Origin: the human T2T-CHM13v2.0 reference genome, Homo sapiens
DNA length: 64,000 bases
Strand: one strand, 5' to 3'
Assembly: GCF_009914755.1 (NCBI RefSeq)
Contig: NC_060928.1
A model generated the notes under the pieces. The model did not search any database. It was not told the DNA's origin and worked only from the letters and a program-made list of their open reading frames with translations. Every line of letters begins with the position of its first letter. Position 1 is the first letter of the stretch. Made by a program: the position numbers and the translations under genes. This document shows, in pieces, positions 1 to 13,275 of the stretch.

Positions 1-224
1 TCTTATGTTTAAAATGTTTGGACCGAACTGGTTTGTTATTTTGCAAAAACATTATTGATTCAGTATTGTGGATATTGTCAATTACACTCATGATATCTAT
101 ACATTTGGCAACAGTTGTGTATAATTTATTTCCATATTATCACACAAAGAGAATATTTTCAAAATTAATAGCTGGCCTTTACATAATTCACAAATCTTAA
201 TTATGAGTAATTAATTAGAGTAAT

Positions 225-1035
225 ATTTGAATATATGTATACAATGTGTAATGATCAAATTAGGGTAATTAGCAAATCCACCAACTCAAACATTTATCAT
301 TTGTTTATGTTGGGAACATTCAAAATCCTCTCTTCTGTTTGAAAATATATAATAAGATATTGCTAACTATAGTCACCCCATTGTACTATAGAAGAACCAG
401 AATTAATTCTCCTATCTAGCTGTAATTTTGTATCTGTTAACCAACTTCTATTTATCTTGCCCTCCCCTGAACCTTTCAGACTCTCATAACCACAATTCTA
501 CTCTCTACTTTTATGAGCTTAACTTTTATTGGCTCCCACACATGACTGAGAACATGAAATATTTGTCTTTCTGTGACTGAATTATTTCACTTAACGTAAT
601 ATCCTCGGGGGTCACTGTGTTGCAGAGAATGGCAGGATTTCATTCTTTTCGATGGCTGAATAGCATTCCACTGTGTTTATATACTACATTTTCTTTACCC
701 ATTTTTTCTGATGATGGAGGCTTACGTTGATTCCATATCTTGGCTATTGTGAATAGTGCAGCAATAAACATAAGGGTGCAGATAGCTCTTCGATATTCTG
801 ATTTCTTTTTCTTTGAATAAATATCCAGTAGTGGTAGTTCTGTTATTGTTTTTCTGGGGGGTGGATTTCTATACTATTTTCCATGTTAGTTATATTCGTT
901 TACCTTCCCACCAACAGTGTATAAGTGTTCCCATTTCTCCACGTCCTTGCCAGCATTTGCTATCTTTTGTCTTTTTGACAATAGCCATCTTAACTGGGGT
1001 GAATGAGGCCTCTCTCTGATTTTATTTACATTTCT
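225..1035 (-). mobile_element. L1MA-type LINE-1 3' end fragment
   Basis: Antisense L1 3'UTR/ORF2-end motifs: aatgatcaaattagggtaattagc, ttccatatcttggctattgtgaatagtgc, ttcccaccaacagtgtataagtgttccc, atagccatcttaactgggg. Boundaries approximate. Confidence 0.85.
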
Positions 1036-1359
1036 CTAATCACATGTAATTTTTTAATTGTAAGAATATATAGATGAGGAAAGCAATATATTAATTGACT
1101 TTTTGGCACAAATTCTTAATCTGAGTAACTGTGTGGCTGTACCATAAGAATATACTCCAACATAATACGTAAAGTCCACGTCACGTTTGCACACTGATTG
1201 GGCTCCTGAATGTCAAACAGTGTCAAAGGGTTATAAAACTTTTCTCAGTGCTTACTCTTAGTTTCTGAACTTGTTTTGTTATGGATTGTTAACAGGCATT
1301 CATGAATCAGTCTTGTCTGTGGACTAGAATTTGAGCAGCAGAGACTTAGGACATGACCT

Positions 1360-1610
1360 TTTTTCTTAAATGTTTCTGTGTGCTAGAAAAAGAATGTATG
1401 TGTTCCAGATGTTGGATCCAGAGTTCGGTATTTATCAATTTGATGAAACTTAATATAATTTAAATCTTCTATATATTTATTGATTTCTGTTGTGCTTGAT
1501 TTATAAATTTTTGAACATTAAAATCTTTCACCGTGGTTATAATTTTGTCCATTTTTCTTATGCTCCCGCCAAATTTTTCTTTATATATTTTGAAGCTACG
1601 TCATTTAATT
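1360..1610 (-). mobile_element. Old L1M ORF2 (endonuclease region) fragment
   Basis: Degenerate match to recalled antisense L1M text (aatgtttctgtgtgctagaaaaagaatgtatg ... tcttctatatatttattgattt ... tatattttgaagct). Confidence 0.6.
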
Positions 1611-1634
1611 TTTAAAGATAATACACTATTACAA

Positions 1635-1850
1635 TTAAGAGTTTGGATTCTAGAATTAGGCTACATGGACTGGACTACCAGCTATATGACATTGGCCAAG
1701 TTCTGTAATGCATACCTAAGTTTCTTTACCTATGAAATAGGAATAATAATCACATCTACCTCATAGATGAGGTGGTTGCTGAACAGTTAATGAGATAATA
1801 TATGCAAAGCACTTGACTATGGATTTAGAGTAAGCTCTTAACATTATCTA
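1635..1850 (+). mobile_element. MIR SINE
   Basis: MIR core: agtttctttacctatgaaataggaataataatcacatctacctcatag ... aatgagataatatatgcaaagcact. Confidence 0.75.
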
Positions 1851-3533
1851 ATATAATCATTGTTATCTATAAAAGCAGCCTACCCAATATATGCACATTA
1901 AATACTTATTGAGTAAATATTAATTAAATATTAAATGAATGTTGAGAGATAAATTAATAGGTTGTTTCATGTTACTTGTGGAAATATTATAGCATTGAGA
2001 GGTCAGCCACAGATTGTAAATTCCAGCTCTGATACTTATAGCTCTGTGGGTCCTTGTACCATTTTCCTAATATCTCTAAATATTAAAATCTGTAACTTTA
2101 GATAAAGGCTAATAAATACTGTGTCCATTCAGTTTGTCATGCCTTGATAAAGCTTGAACAAACATGGTACATGTGAAGTGAAAAATACCTGCCATATACT
2201 ATGGTAGAAAAATGCTAATTTATTTAATTTTGTAACTTATTAAAAGTAAATTCCATTGTCCTTAATGGTTTCCCTCATAAGTAAATAGGACACAAATTTT
2301 AGGTTCTTGTCAAGACCAATGAAGATCATAATTTTGGAAGAGGCAGTAGTGGAAATATGGTGCCTCTCACAAGACACTAATCAGATGACTGCTGTCCTCA
2401 CCTATCATTCTGCCCCTGACATTGACATGAGAACCCAACGGAAAAGCTACATGCTCCTAGAACTTTCATATAATTGTGTTCTCAGTATCCGTGAGACTTA
2501 TAAACCAACATCATTTTTGGATTCTAAAGCTCTGTAGGTAAAAGACTTTCAGGATGCCATAAAATGTAACAGGAGAATTGAGAATGAGTAGAATTGACCT
2601 TGGTGAATATGACACATGGAAACAACTTAGACATAGAGAACATTATGGTGCTTCACAGTCCTATCACCGGTTGAAGACCATCTAACCTGCAGGGCTTATG
2701 ATTCAACATTCCAAACAATTAGAAAAGAAATATGTTTACTTCTGATTATATTGGATACTTTCTTATTATGCTAAGTATACTCTAGGGGAATGGTGCATGT
2801 AGAGAATTCTCCCTAGGGAGGCCAGCAATGTTTGTAGCAGCCACTGCAATATTGGAACACAAATAGTCCATGGCATGTCCTGCACATTTACATCTCCAAT
2901 GTCACATTCCTACAAAACCCTGGCACTTAGTATTTAATGAGTTATTGAAAAATGAATTATTTTCTTCAACTTTTACATGCTATGTTGAAACCTGTTTAGA
3001 AAGCAGTAATTACATTCCTGTATTCATCATTGATTTTTAAGCACGTATGTATGTATATTTTTAGGCTTGTCTTTTGTAGAATTTTTCGTGGTTTTTCTAG
3101 TCCCATGACACTAGCTGCTATTGCCATATACTTGTCTTAATTTATTTACTTAAAACTGCTTTAACTTATATGGAGAAAAGGTATTATTTTAACAAGAAAA
3201 CACACTTATAAAACAGTGTATTGACTGGAAACACAGTAGATACAGTTGATATTGTTGCAAAGATTTTGACTACATTTTCTTAGCTCCTTAAGATAACCAA
3301 ATTTTTAGTTTGTACATCCCCCACAAAACACAAACATAACACTCCAGCACTTAGATATTAATGCTTTTTAAACTTTCTTTCTGATTATAAATATATGATT
3401 TTGGCAGAGAATTTAAAAAATTACCAACTTAAAAATTAAAATTGCCCATAACTAATCCTACTATATATTTAAAAATTAAAATTAAAACTAATATTTTATA
3501 TATTTCCCTCTAGTTTTTTTTAAATTTATTTTA

Positions 3534-3828
<295 letters not shown>

Positions 3829-3859
3829 TTATTTTAACAGAATTAATGGCTTACTGTGC

Positions 3860-4714
3860 ATGTAATTTATCTGTGTGTTTATAAAAATAAATATCTAGAT
3901 AAATTACCAAAAAAATCCCCCAATAGTGGTGGGAGTGCACTTCATCATGTTAAATGTAATCATTCTCTAATTCTTTGCAACCACACAATCTATTAATCAT
4001 TTGCATTGATTTTTAAAACAAATAAGTATGCTCATGGCCACAACTCACATTTTATTCTATAAACTGTTCTTCCTTTTCCAGAACCATTTTCTTCTATTCC
4101 CACTAGAGACAGACGGCAAAGTTGCTGTTCTATTGACAAGATTCTAGTTTCGGACCCTGCAATGATTCGCTGGGGTGTGGAATTATTTCCCTTGAAAAGC
4201 AACAGGGGAGTGCTAAGATGGTAAAGTAATAATTACTTCCTTCAGCAGCAATAGTTTAGGGAAAAGCTCAAAGACATATGGGCTGAATATTTAGCAGACA
4301 GTGATAACAGTGAGGTCACAGATATGACACTGGGGGATGCTAGCAAAGCAGTATTGCAGGGAAAATTGATTGAAATCTTTGCCCAAAAGAAAAGGGAAAG
4401 GCAACTACAAATACCAGAGTTAGGGACTAAAATTAGGAGCCTCCAAAAGGAGCATATTAAGAAGGGTAAGGCTAAAACTAATTGATTTAGAAAATGCCAA
4501 GGGGAAACTTAACAGGATTCTAAATGAGAGAATGGAGTATCTAATAAAGCTCAATAAGAGCTAGTTTTCCTCCCATGGCAATAAAGCAGATACTATCTTG
4601 GCCTGCTAACGTAGAGGGAGAACACAATTGAGACTAATTAGGGAAATTAAGGGACAAAAAGGGCCCCACTCTAACCCCAGTGAAATAAGAACGAGCATCG
4701 TTCTTTATTATTCT
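3860..4714 (+). mobile_element. Ancient L1-clade LINE ORF2 fossil (endonuclease C-terminus plus linker preceding RT), non-mammalian-like
   Basis: Manual translation across stops and frameshifts: PIVVGVHFI (cf. GGDFN) ... SCCSIDKILVSDPAMI (cf. SDH) ... RW*SNNYFL (cf. WKLNN) ... SDNSEVTDMTLGDASKAVLQGKLI (cf. [24 protein letters not shown]) ... S*FSSHGNKADTILA ... IKGQKGPHSNPSEIRTSIVLYYS (cf. [23 protein letters not shown]). The part before ~4080 is less certain. Confidence 0.8.
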
Positions 4715-5339
4715 TTCATAGACATATATAGCATTAAAACTCACATGCTATATGAAAGTTTCTAGACTCCATTGATTACAGTAAAATGCAATCTACTTCA
4801 TTCAAGGCACCATTTATGACAGGGCTGTGCGTTTATGACCTTTCAATGCCTTCTCTATTAATATAATGTGGAGTTTGGTACACAATGTGGAAAGTAATAT
4901 GATGATGTAAAAAGGCTACTGGACTAGAACACAGAAGACTTTATGCCTACTCTTAACACCACCCGCCACTTGGTAAACGATGTGTCTAAGTTCCACATAA
5001 ACAGCAAAGCTCCTGACTCTACTCCATTTGAGCTTAAAAAAACCACTATTATCTTATCCTTCCCAAACTATCAAAAGATAGAAAATAAAGCAATACATTT
5101 TTCCATCAAAACTGTCAATGGAGTCAATGGAGCCCTCTGTACAAAATAAAAAATTCAAAAAAAATAAGAAAATAATAATGAAACAACTAAATCCAATCAT
5201 ATAAGATGACTTGCTAATTGTCACATGGAAATAAGCTAAAATTAGTGGAGTACTTATTGTAATAGATGTTTATTGTTTATAAGAGAAATTCCTTCTTTCC
5301 TCAAATGGAATACATGGAAAACATAACAATACTGAGCAA

Positions 5340-5430
5340 CATAAGGTTCTGCCATTTGTTATCTGTGTAAATTCCAATAACTTTATATATCCTCAATTTT
5401 CTCATGTAAAAATGATGATAATTATGTTGA
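5340..5430 (+). mobile_element. MIR fragment abutting the L1PA16
   Basis: ggttctgccatttgttatctgtg ... cctcaattttctcatgtaaaaatgatgataat resembles the MIR core. Confidence 0.5.
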
Positions 5431-5445
5431 CACTGAAGAGTTGCT

Positions 5446-7147
5446 GAACACTGCTGAAAGAAATCACAGACTGCACAAATAAATGGAAGAACATTCCATG
5501 CTCATGGACTGGAAGAATCAATGTTGTTAAAATGGCCATACTGCCCAAAGGAATGTACAGATGCAACATTATCCCTATCAAGCTACCAATGTCATTTTTC
5601 ACAGAACTAGAAAAAATAATTCTAAAATTTATATGAAACCAAAAAAAAAAAGAGCCAGAATAGCCAAAGCAATTCTAAGCAAAACTAACAAAGCCGGAGG
5701 CATCATATTACCTGGCTTCAAACTATACTGTAAGGGTACAGTAAACAAAAAAGCATGGTACTATGTAAAAACAGACACAGACCAATGGAATCAAATAGAG
5801 AGCTCAGAAATAAAGCTGTACAACTACAGCCATCTGATCTTCGACAAAGTTGACAAAAATAAGCAAAGGGGAAACAATTTTCTATGCAATAAATGGTACT
5901 GGAACAACTGGCTAGCCATATGCAGAAGAATAAAACTGGACCCCTACCTTTTACCATATACAAAAATCTGCTCAAGATGGATTAAAGATTTAAATGCAAG
6001 TCCTCAAACTATAAGAATTCCAGAAGAAGAACTAGGAAATACCATTCTGGACATTGGCCTTGAGAAAGAATTTATGACTAAGTCCTTAAAATAAATTGCA
6101 ACATAAAAATTGACAAATGGGACCTAATTAAACTAAAGAGCTTCTGCACGGAAAAATAAACTATCAACAGAGTAAACAGACAACCTACAGAATGGAAGAG
6201 AGTATTGGTAAGCTATGCATCCAACGAAGGACTAATATCCAGAATCTATAAGAAAGTTAAACAATTGAACAAGTAAAAAACAAATAATGTCATTAAAAAA
6301 TGGGCAAAAGACATGAATAGATACTTCTTGAAAGAAGATATACAAGTGTCCAACAAACGTGAAAAAATGTTGCACATCACTAATCATTAGAGAAATGCAA
6401 ATCAAAACCACAATGAGATACCATCTCACACCAGTCAGAATGGCTTTGAAAAAGTCAAAAAACAGTAGATACTGGTGAGGCAGTAGAGAAAAAGGAAGCA
6501 CACAACATTGAAAGGAATGCAAATTAGTTCAGCCTCTGTGGAAAGCAGTTTGAAGATTTCTCAAATAACTTAAAACAGAACTATCATTTGATTCAGTAAT
6601 CCCATTACTGGGTATATATCCAAAAGAAAATAAATCACTCTACCGAAAAGACACATGCACTTGTATGTTCACTACAGCACTATTCACAATAACAAAGACA
6701 TGGAATTAACTTAGTTGCCTATCAATGGTGGATTGGATAAAGAAAATGTGGCACATATACACCATGGAATATACACAGCCATAAAAAAAGAAAAAAATCA
6801 TTTTCTTTGCAACAACCAGAATGCAGCTAGAGGCCATTATTTTAAATGAATTAACGCAGAAACATAAAACCAAATATTGCATGTTGTGACTTATAAGTGC
6901 GAGCTAAACAATGGGTACTCATTGACATAAAGATGACAACAACAGACATTGGGAACTATTAGAGCAAGGCGAGAAGGAAGGGTAAAAGAGTTGAAAAACT
7001 AACTATTGGATATGATGCTCAGTACCTGAGTGATGAGATCCAGTGCATCAAAACCTTACCATCACACAATATACCCAGGTAATAAACCTGCACATGTACC
7101 TCCTGAATCTAAAATGAAAGCTTAAAGCATAAACAAAAAATAAAAAA
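5446..7147 (+). mobile_element. 5'-truncated L1PA15/16-like LINE-1 (ORF2 C-terminus, 3'UTR, A tail)
   Basis: ORF 5561-6094 contains ORF2 text [19 protein letters not shown]...[12 protein letters not shown]. 3'UTR gagctaaacaatgggtactcattgacataaagatg ... cacatgtacctcctgaatctaaaat is L1PA16-like. Confidence 0.93.
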
Positions 7148-8015
7148 GGTAACAATGTGCTGGATGATTATAGGAAATATATAGTAATCTTTTATGTTAG
7201 AGTAATTGATTTTTCAAAACATTGCTTTCACATTTGAACCTAAACCGCTCTGCGAAGCAGCCAGGTCTAGAGGAAAAATTTTCTTTTAAAGTTTAGAATA
7301 AAGGAGATGCAGAATGAAAGAAAGAAAGCAGTTTTTTATATTACAATCTTACCATCACTTAGATTGACATATATATTTGTATTTGTGTGTGCATATATAC
7401 TTCTATGAAATGTGCCTTAACACTTATCACAGTCCATAAACAAGCCCACTTTGAGAGTATAACTACAATTAATCCAGCAAATATTTGCCCAACAACCAAT
7501 ACAGGCTAGATCCAAAGATTAGTTCTTGAAGGTATTCTAGTAAGGTAGAGATGTGGAAGAACGATGCCTCTAATTAATTAGGAGATGATGTGAGAAGTTT
7601 TACAGGACATGTTACTATGGCATAGATGCACCAGCCAAACCTCCAAAGCTGAGGCATCTGCCAGAAAGGTCTTTGAATATCTGAGACCTCCTCCTGCAAA
7701 CCATAAACCAATCCGTATAAACAATAACTAAACTGAACTTGGCCAATAGAGCATTTGGTCCAAATATACTTTTTTCCCATTTTATAGACTCTGTGATGTT
7801 AACATTCTTTCAGGGATGCAGTTGAGCATGAATCTGGGTATACACATCATATCCTTTTCTCCGACTTTTCTTCTCTGTCCCTCACATAGCTGAAGGGTGG
7901 GGAGCTACCTATCCATTTCAACAAGAAGTTAAATCTAATAATACATATAACATAGTTACTAAAATATCAAGCTAGCTTTACATGTGAGAAAACTAGCCAA
8001 CCAGTTATGTTGTAA

Positions 8016-8355
<340 letters not shown>

Positions 8356-9973
8356 AACTTCACATTTTTATAAATCATTTTAATTTCATTAAAGGATCCT
8401 GCTCTTCCCCAATTTGTTGTGATGTGGTATGGCTGGTCTTTATGCATTTATCCTGATATCTGTAATGTTATTTAAAATATGTGCTATTATTTTATTTAAG
8501 TCTGAACTACATTCAAATTGCATACCTTAACTTGATAAATCATTTCTATTCCCACATTACTGGCATATACTTTCTAGGAAAGATGATTTTAACTTATCCT
8601 GAATTGGCTGATCTTTAACTTCTTTGAAATATATGGTCTCTACCTAAATTTTCTTAGAAAAAGAAACTCAAAATGTGTATTCCTTGAGAGAACTATTATT
8701 TATTGCTATGCATCAAGAATATACTTGCATTTTTTATAAATTCGAATGAAATCCATCACTTTAAGCAACTTGAACACTTTAAGCATTTAATGTTTTTCCA
8801 ATATATGAAAAACTCTTAGCCTTTAATATATTTAAAAAGTATAATCTTGCTTATTTTAGCTAATGAGAAGGAGACAGACTGTTTACTTTTTCATTCAGTT
8901 TGGTAAGGTCAGAGAGTGAAACTGTTTGATACATAATTCATTTACCTGTAAGTTTGATTGTCTTCGCTTAACTTAAAAAATGTATACCCAAATAGGCCTA
9001 TCTTAATGTTCTACTCAGTTATACATTTTATATCTTATGTTCTCATCCCAGTTTTAGATCCTCAAATGGCTAAAACCACAAAATTATTTTGTCAAACAGG
9101 TTATTTTAGGGATTATAAAACGTAATAAAATCAGGATCTCAAATATGAAAGAATCGTTTTCATTTATATCTGTACTCTTTAAAAAGTATAATTTTATATA
9201 TCTTCAAAAAATCCAGCAAAATTGTTAATGATGAATACTCACTTTAGAATTTAGGAACTTGAATGAAGCCATCAACAGATGTCTGTGTGCAATATTTAAT
9301 ACAATTCAACAAATATTGAATACCTAATATAAGCAAGGCACATTATTATAAAATATCTAAAACCTGCAGAAGTTATAAGTTCTTATTACAATGTGTGATG
9401 AAGTTAAGAAAATCCTTCCTTGTCACATAATTTTTAGTGCTAGCCAGGACGATTGAAACGAGGCAATCTAAGTAGATTCTAAGCCATGAAACTGCCCCTT
9501 GAACGTCCCTGAGCTCATCTACTACTTTTTTCACCATTAAGCTAAATAGCCTTAATTGATCCACTGATGTTTCGTCTCACAGATCCCATATCCCTTATCT
9601 TTAAGTAAGGAGGTTCACAATCTATCACACTAAGAAAGTAAGAATAAACAAGATGAATATAGAATGCATAGGGATATCCTCTTTTTCGTTTGTGGCCATA
9701 TCATTAAAATGGGATGGGGAGAATGGGCATTTGGTTTCCTGGGACATTGTGCGTTGTGCTAAGCTTTACTGGGGGAAGCACCCTTACCTGTTAGGAAGGT
9801 GTTACTTAAAACAGGAAGACCAGCAGAAGCTCACACTATATATACACCTTATAGAGCAACGCTAGACTAAAATATAAAAGGATGGTAAATTTAGATGTCA
9901 GTGTTTTATAGAATGAGAAAGTATGTACAGATACAAGCAGATGAATTATTAGGGCTATAATTCTTAAGAAAGA

Positions 9974-10002
9974 ACACACACACAGAGAGAGAGAGAGAGA
10001 GA
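9974..10002. repeat. (CA)n(GA)n microsatellite
   Basis: acacacacacagagagagagagagagaga read directly. Confidence 0.9.
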
Positions 10003-11330
10003 AAATTGAGAACCTAATAGCTTTCCTCTGGTCAGTTTGAAAGGGCTCCATGAAAAAGGTGAAAGTTTACTTCTTTAAACGATGTGAAGATACTTTTTTT
10101 TAGTCTGGGGAAAAAACAGTTGTATATAAAAGCACTACATGGAAAAATAATACTTGAAAATATAAGCCTTAACATTACCTATATGAATAGTAACGTTATA
10201 CAAAATGTAGAATATTCTGTAAAATGTTGATAATAGAATCATTAGCTTGCATTTTTTTTTACTCACCTCAGCATCTGTGCTGAGTACTAAGTAGTGTTGT
10301 CTAATACTATTCTAAAAAAAGTTTTAAATTAGCTTTAATTTAAAAAATTAATCTGTTGCTGATATAATGAAAGAAATTAGCAGAAATAATTTAATATTTT
10401 CCATATATTTGTATTCATGTCAGAATATTTTATAACTGTCTTAGCAAAATCTCAAATACTTGAACATTTTCAATGTAATATTTGTTTTTCAAAGTGGAAG
10501 CTGCATTGTATAATACTAATAATTTGTTGTCATGTTTATTTTCTATCTTTCGTGCATTTTTCCTAATTGAATTTTTTCATCCAGTGCTTATATTGGTTTG
10601 AAATAAGGAACAAAACCAAGTCAGCGATTATAAGTTTTGGAATTTTTGTCTAGTTAGATTTGTTGCTATATCAAACACATGATTGAAAATAACAAAATAC
10701 TTTCAACAAAAAGTCACGAAAATATCAGAGAACTCTCATGTTGGCTTTTGTCATATTAACAGACTGAATTAGAGGATTAAAAAAATTAATGACATATAGT
10801 ATTACATTTTGACTGCAGGAGTTTCTCTTTCTTTAATGTTTTAATGTGGGAAACATAAAATCCAATTTACATCAAACATTTAGATAATAGCATGTATGTT
10901 AATACACGATTCTGACAAAGACGTCTGAATTCTTTCTACAAAAAAGCACAATCATATATCAAAGAACTATCAACCACTAGGACAGCTCTTTGTTTTAACC
11001 TGTGTCGACAAAAGCTCACAAATTCTTTGGGCAAAAAAGCTAGTAAAGATCAAAGAACTTACAGGGGAGCTTCCAGTATATAGGAGCAATCTCTGTAGTT
11101 ATTCTATTTCAATGCCCTTTGAGTACTAGCTACAAGATAGGACATTTTTCGGCAAAATACGCAAGGCATAAACTATATAGATTAAATTTTTGAGAATAAT
11201 TTATTTTAATTGGATAAACATCTATGTCTATTTTTCTTCAGTACTATGTAATTTGATTTAAACAGTATTCAACCAACGATAGATTATTTATTCTTTCATT
11301 GACTTAAGAAATATTTGTCCAGCACCTATT

Positions 11331-11490
11331 TTTAATATTTATTTTAAATTTATATATTCATTTTAATAATTATTTTAATAAATATGTAAATTTATTATAT
11401 ATTTTAATAATAAATATATAAATTTATTATATATTTTAATAATAAATAAAGTTATATATTTTAATAATTATATAAATTTGTTATATATTC
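11331..11490. repeat. AT-rich degenerate tandem repeat
   Basis: Recurring atattttaataa(taa)atat(g/a)taaatttattat units of about 30 bp. Confidence 0.8.
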
Positions 11491-11574
11491 TTAAGTATTT
11501 TGGGCAAATATTTAATAAGTTAATAGGTGCTGGACATGTATTTTGTATTTTAATAATAATTTTAAAATATTTGA

Positions 11575-11869
11575 TATTTATTATTTCTCTCACTTTGTCA
11601 CCCAGGCTGGAGTGCAGTGAAGTGATCATAGCTCACTGCAGCCTCCACCTCCTAGGCTCCAGTGATCTTCCTGCCTCAGCCTCCTGAGTAGCTGGGACTA
11701 CAGGTTTGTGCCACCATGACTGGCTACTTTTTTTTTTGGTAGACACTGGGTATGCTATGTTGCCCAAGCTGGTCTTGAACTCCCGGCCTCAAGCGATCCT
11801 CCCACCTCAGCCTCCTAAGTAGGAGACTGGGACTACAGGTGTGTGCCGCCAACAAGCCTGGCTAATTTT
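11575..11869 (-). mobile_element. AluJ-like element with an atypical left arm
   Basis: AluJ diagnostics gatcatagctcactgcagcctc and ctatgttgcccaagctggtcttgaactcc. Distal end reads gggactacagg...ggctaatttt rather than gggattacaggcgtgagcc. Confidence 0.88.
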
Positions 11870-12102
11870 GAAATACTTGTCCAGCACCTATTATGCATGT
11901 CCCGGCCACAGCTCTGGTCTATAGTTTCCAACTTTCAGGCTGAGATGTGAAAACCATTGGGAGTAGAACTTGCTAGGAATGGAGCTTACTACCTCTTTCC
12001 ATTTTTCACTGGATTCCATCTTTAAATGAAGTGAAGGCTTGAAGATGAAATCAAAGTAAAATGATAAGAGTTTCCAGGTTTCAAGTTGAAAATTACTTTC
12101 TC

Positions 12103-12376
12103 CAAACACCGCATGTTCTCACTCATAGGTGGGAATTGAACAATGAGAACACATGGACACAGGAAGGGGAACATCACACACCGGGGACTGTTGTGGGGTG
12201 GGGGGAGGGGGGAGGGATAGCATTAGGAGATATACCTAATGCTAAATGACGAGTTAATGGGTGCAGCACACCAACATGGCACATATATACATATGTAACA
12301 AATCTGCACGTTGTGCACATGTACCCTAAAACTGAAAGTATAATAATAATAAAATTTAAAAAAAAAGAAAAAAAAA
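12103..12376 (+). mobile_element. Severely 5'-truncated L1PA3-like 3'UTR with poly(A)
   Basis: cacaccggggactgttgtgggg, gctaaatgacgagttaatggg; perfect 15-bp TSD gaaaattactttctc at 12088-12102 and 12377-12391. Confidence 0.96.
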
Positions 12377-12809
12377 GAAAATTACTTTCTCTAAGGAATT
12401 TGGTCTCTATTGCTTATTTCTTCACATGAGAGACAGTAAGAATATATGTCTAACAATAGCAGAAGTAGCAAGCAACTTGAAGGAGCGGGTATTTTGGCAG
12501 GATAATGGGAAGCTCTCTGCCTGAAAGAATTTTAAGGAAAAGAGAGGCAAACTCAGAAGTGATGAAGAGATATCCTTTGAGTTGGAACATCTTCCCCACC
12601 CTACCCCCATCCTTTTCTTCCCTCTGGCTTATCTAAATCAGGGAAAGTTGCTAGTTACTATTCATTCACTTAAGTGCCCTGGGCAGATCCCTGGGAAGCA
12701 CCCTCACCCACCTAACACTACATATTCATAAAGTCACACCTAGACAATTTATCTCCCTTGAATTCATCTACTTTTCTCTTACCCCTTTCCACCATTTCAG
12801 AATGGGGTG

Positions 12810-13080
12810 TCATCATCTGCTCCCTTGCTCTGACCCCAGCCTCGCCAGCCCCGATCCATCCTCCCTTGCGCTCTCTTAGGTTTGGCCACATGAAACTCTT
12901 GGAAATCCACAAACACTTATGTTCTCATCTGAGCCTTCCAGTGTCTAGACAAGCTTTTCTCCACATCACTACATATTGCCAAAGGAGGGAATATCTTGCT
13001 AAATCTACCCTGTTATTCAAATCATCGTTTAGCTGTTACTTCTCATAAATTTTCAAAACAAAACAAAGTTAATTGTCCCT
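12810..13080 (+). mobile_element. L2 fragment
   Basis: Pyrimidine-rich L2-like text (tctgaccccagcc ... ggccacatgaaactcttggaaatccacaaacac ... ctgagcctt). Confidence 0.45.
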
Positions 13081-13175
13081 GCCCCCACGCCCCACGTAGG
13101 CTCTTCCTCACCACCAGGCTTGCCTCTGTTGTAGCAGGACTTAAATTAGAATGTTCTTTATGCTCACGCGCGCGT

Positions 13176-13275
13176 GCTCTCTCCCTCGCTCTCTCCCTCT
13201 CTCCCTCTGCCTCTTTCTCCCTCTCCTTCTTTCTCCCCTTTTTCTTTCCCTGCCTCTGTGCCTCTGTCTCCTTCT
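13176..13275. repeat. CT-rich low-complexity tract
   Basis: About 100 bp of nearly pure pyrimidine (ctctctccct...), preceded by cacgcgcgcgtg. Confidence 0.85.

Noticed and set aside
2307-2537. 76-aa ORF, possibly a CR1/L3 endonuclease relic
   Set aside because: Only vague resemblance; no ordered motif series like that at 3.9-4.7 kb.
4107-4220. Plus-strand exon candidate (cccactAG ... ATG|GTAAAG)
   Set aside because: Weak donor, and the sequence is already explained as part of the ancient L1 ORF2 fossil.
5561-6094. 177-aa ORF
   Set aside because: Frameshifted ORF2 fragment of the L1PA16-like element.
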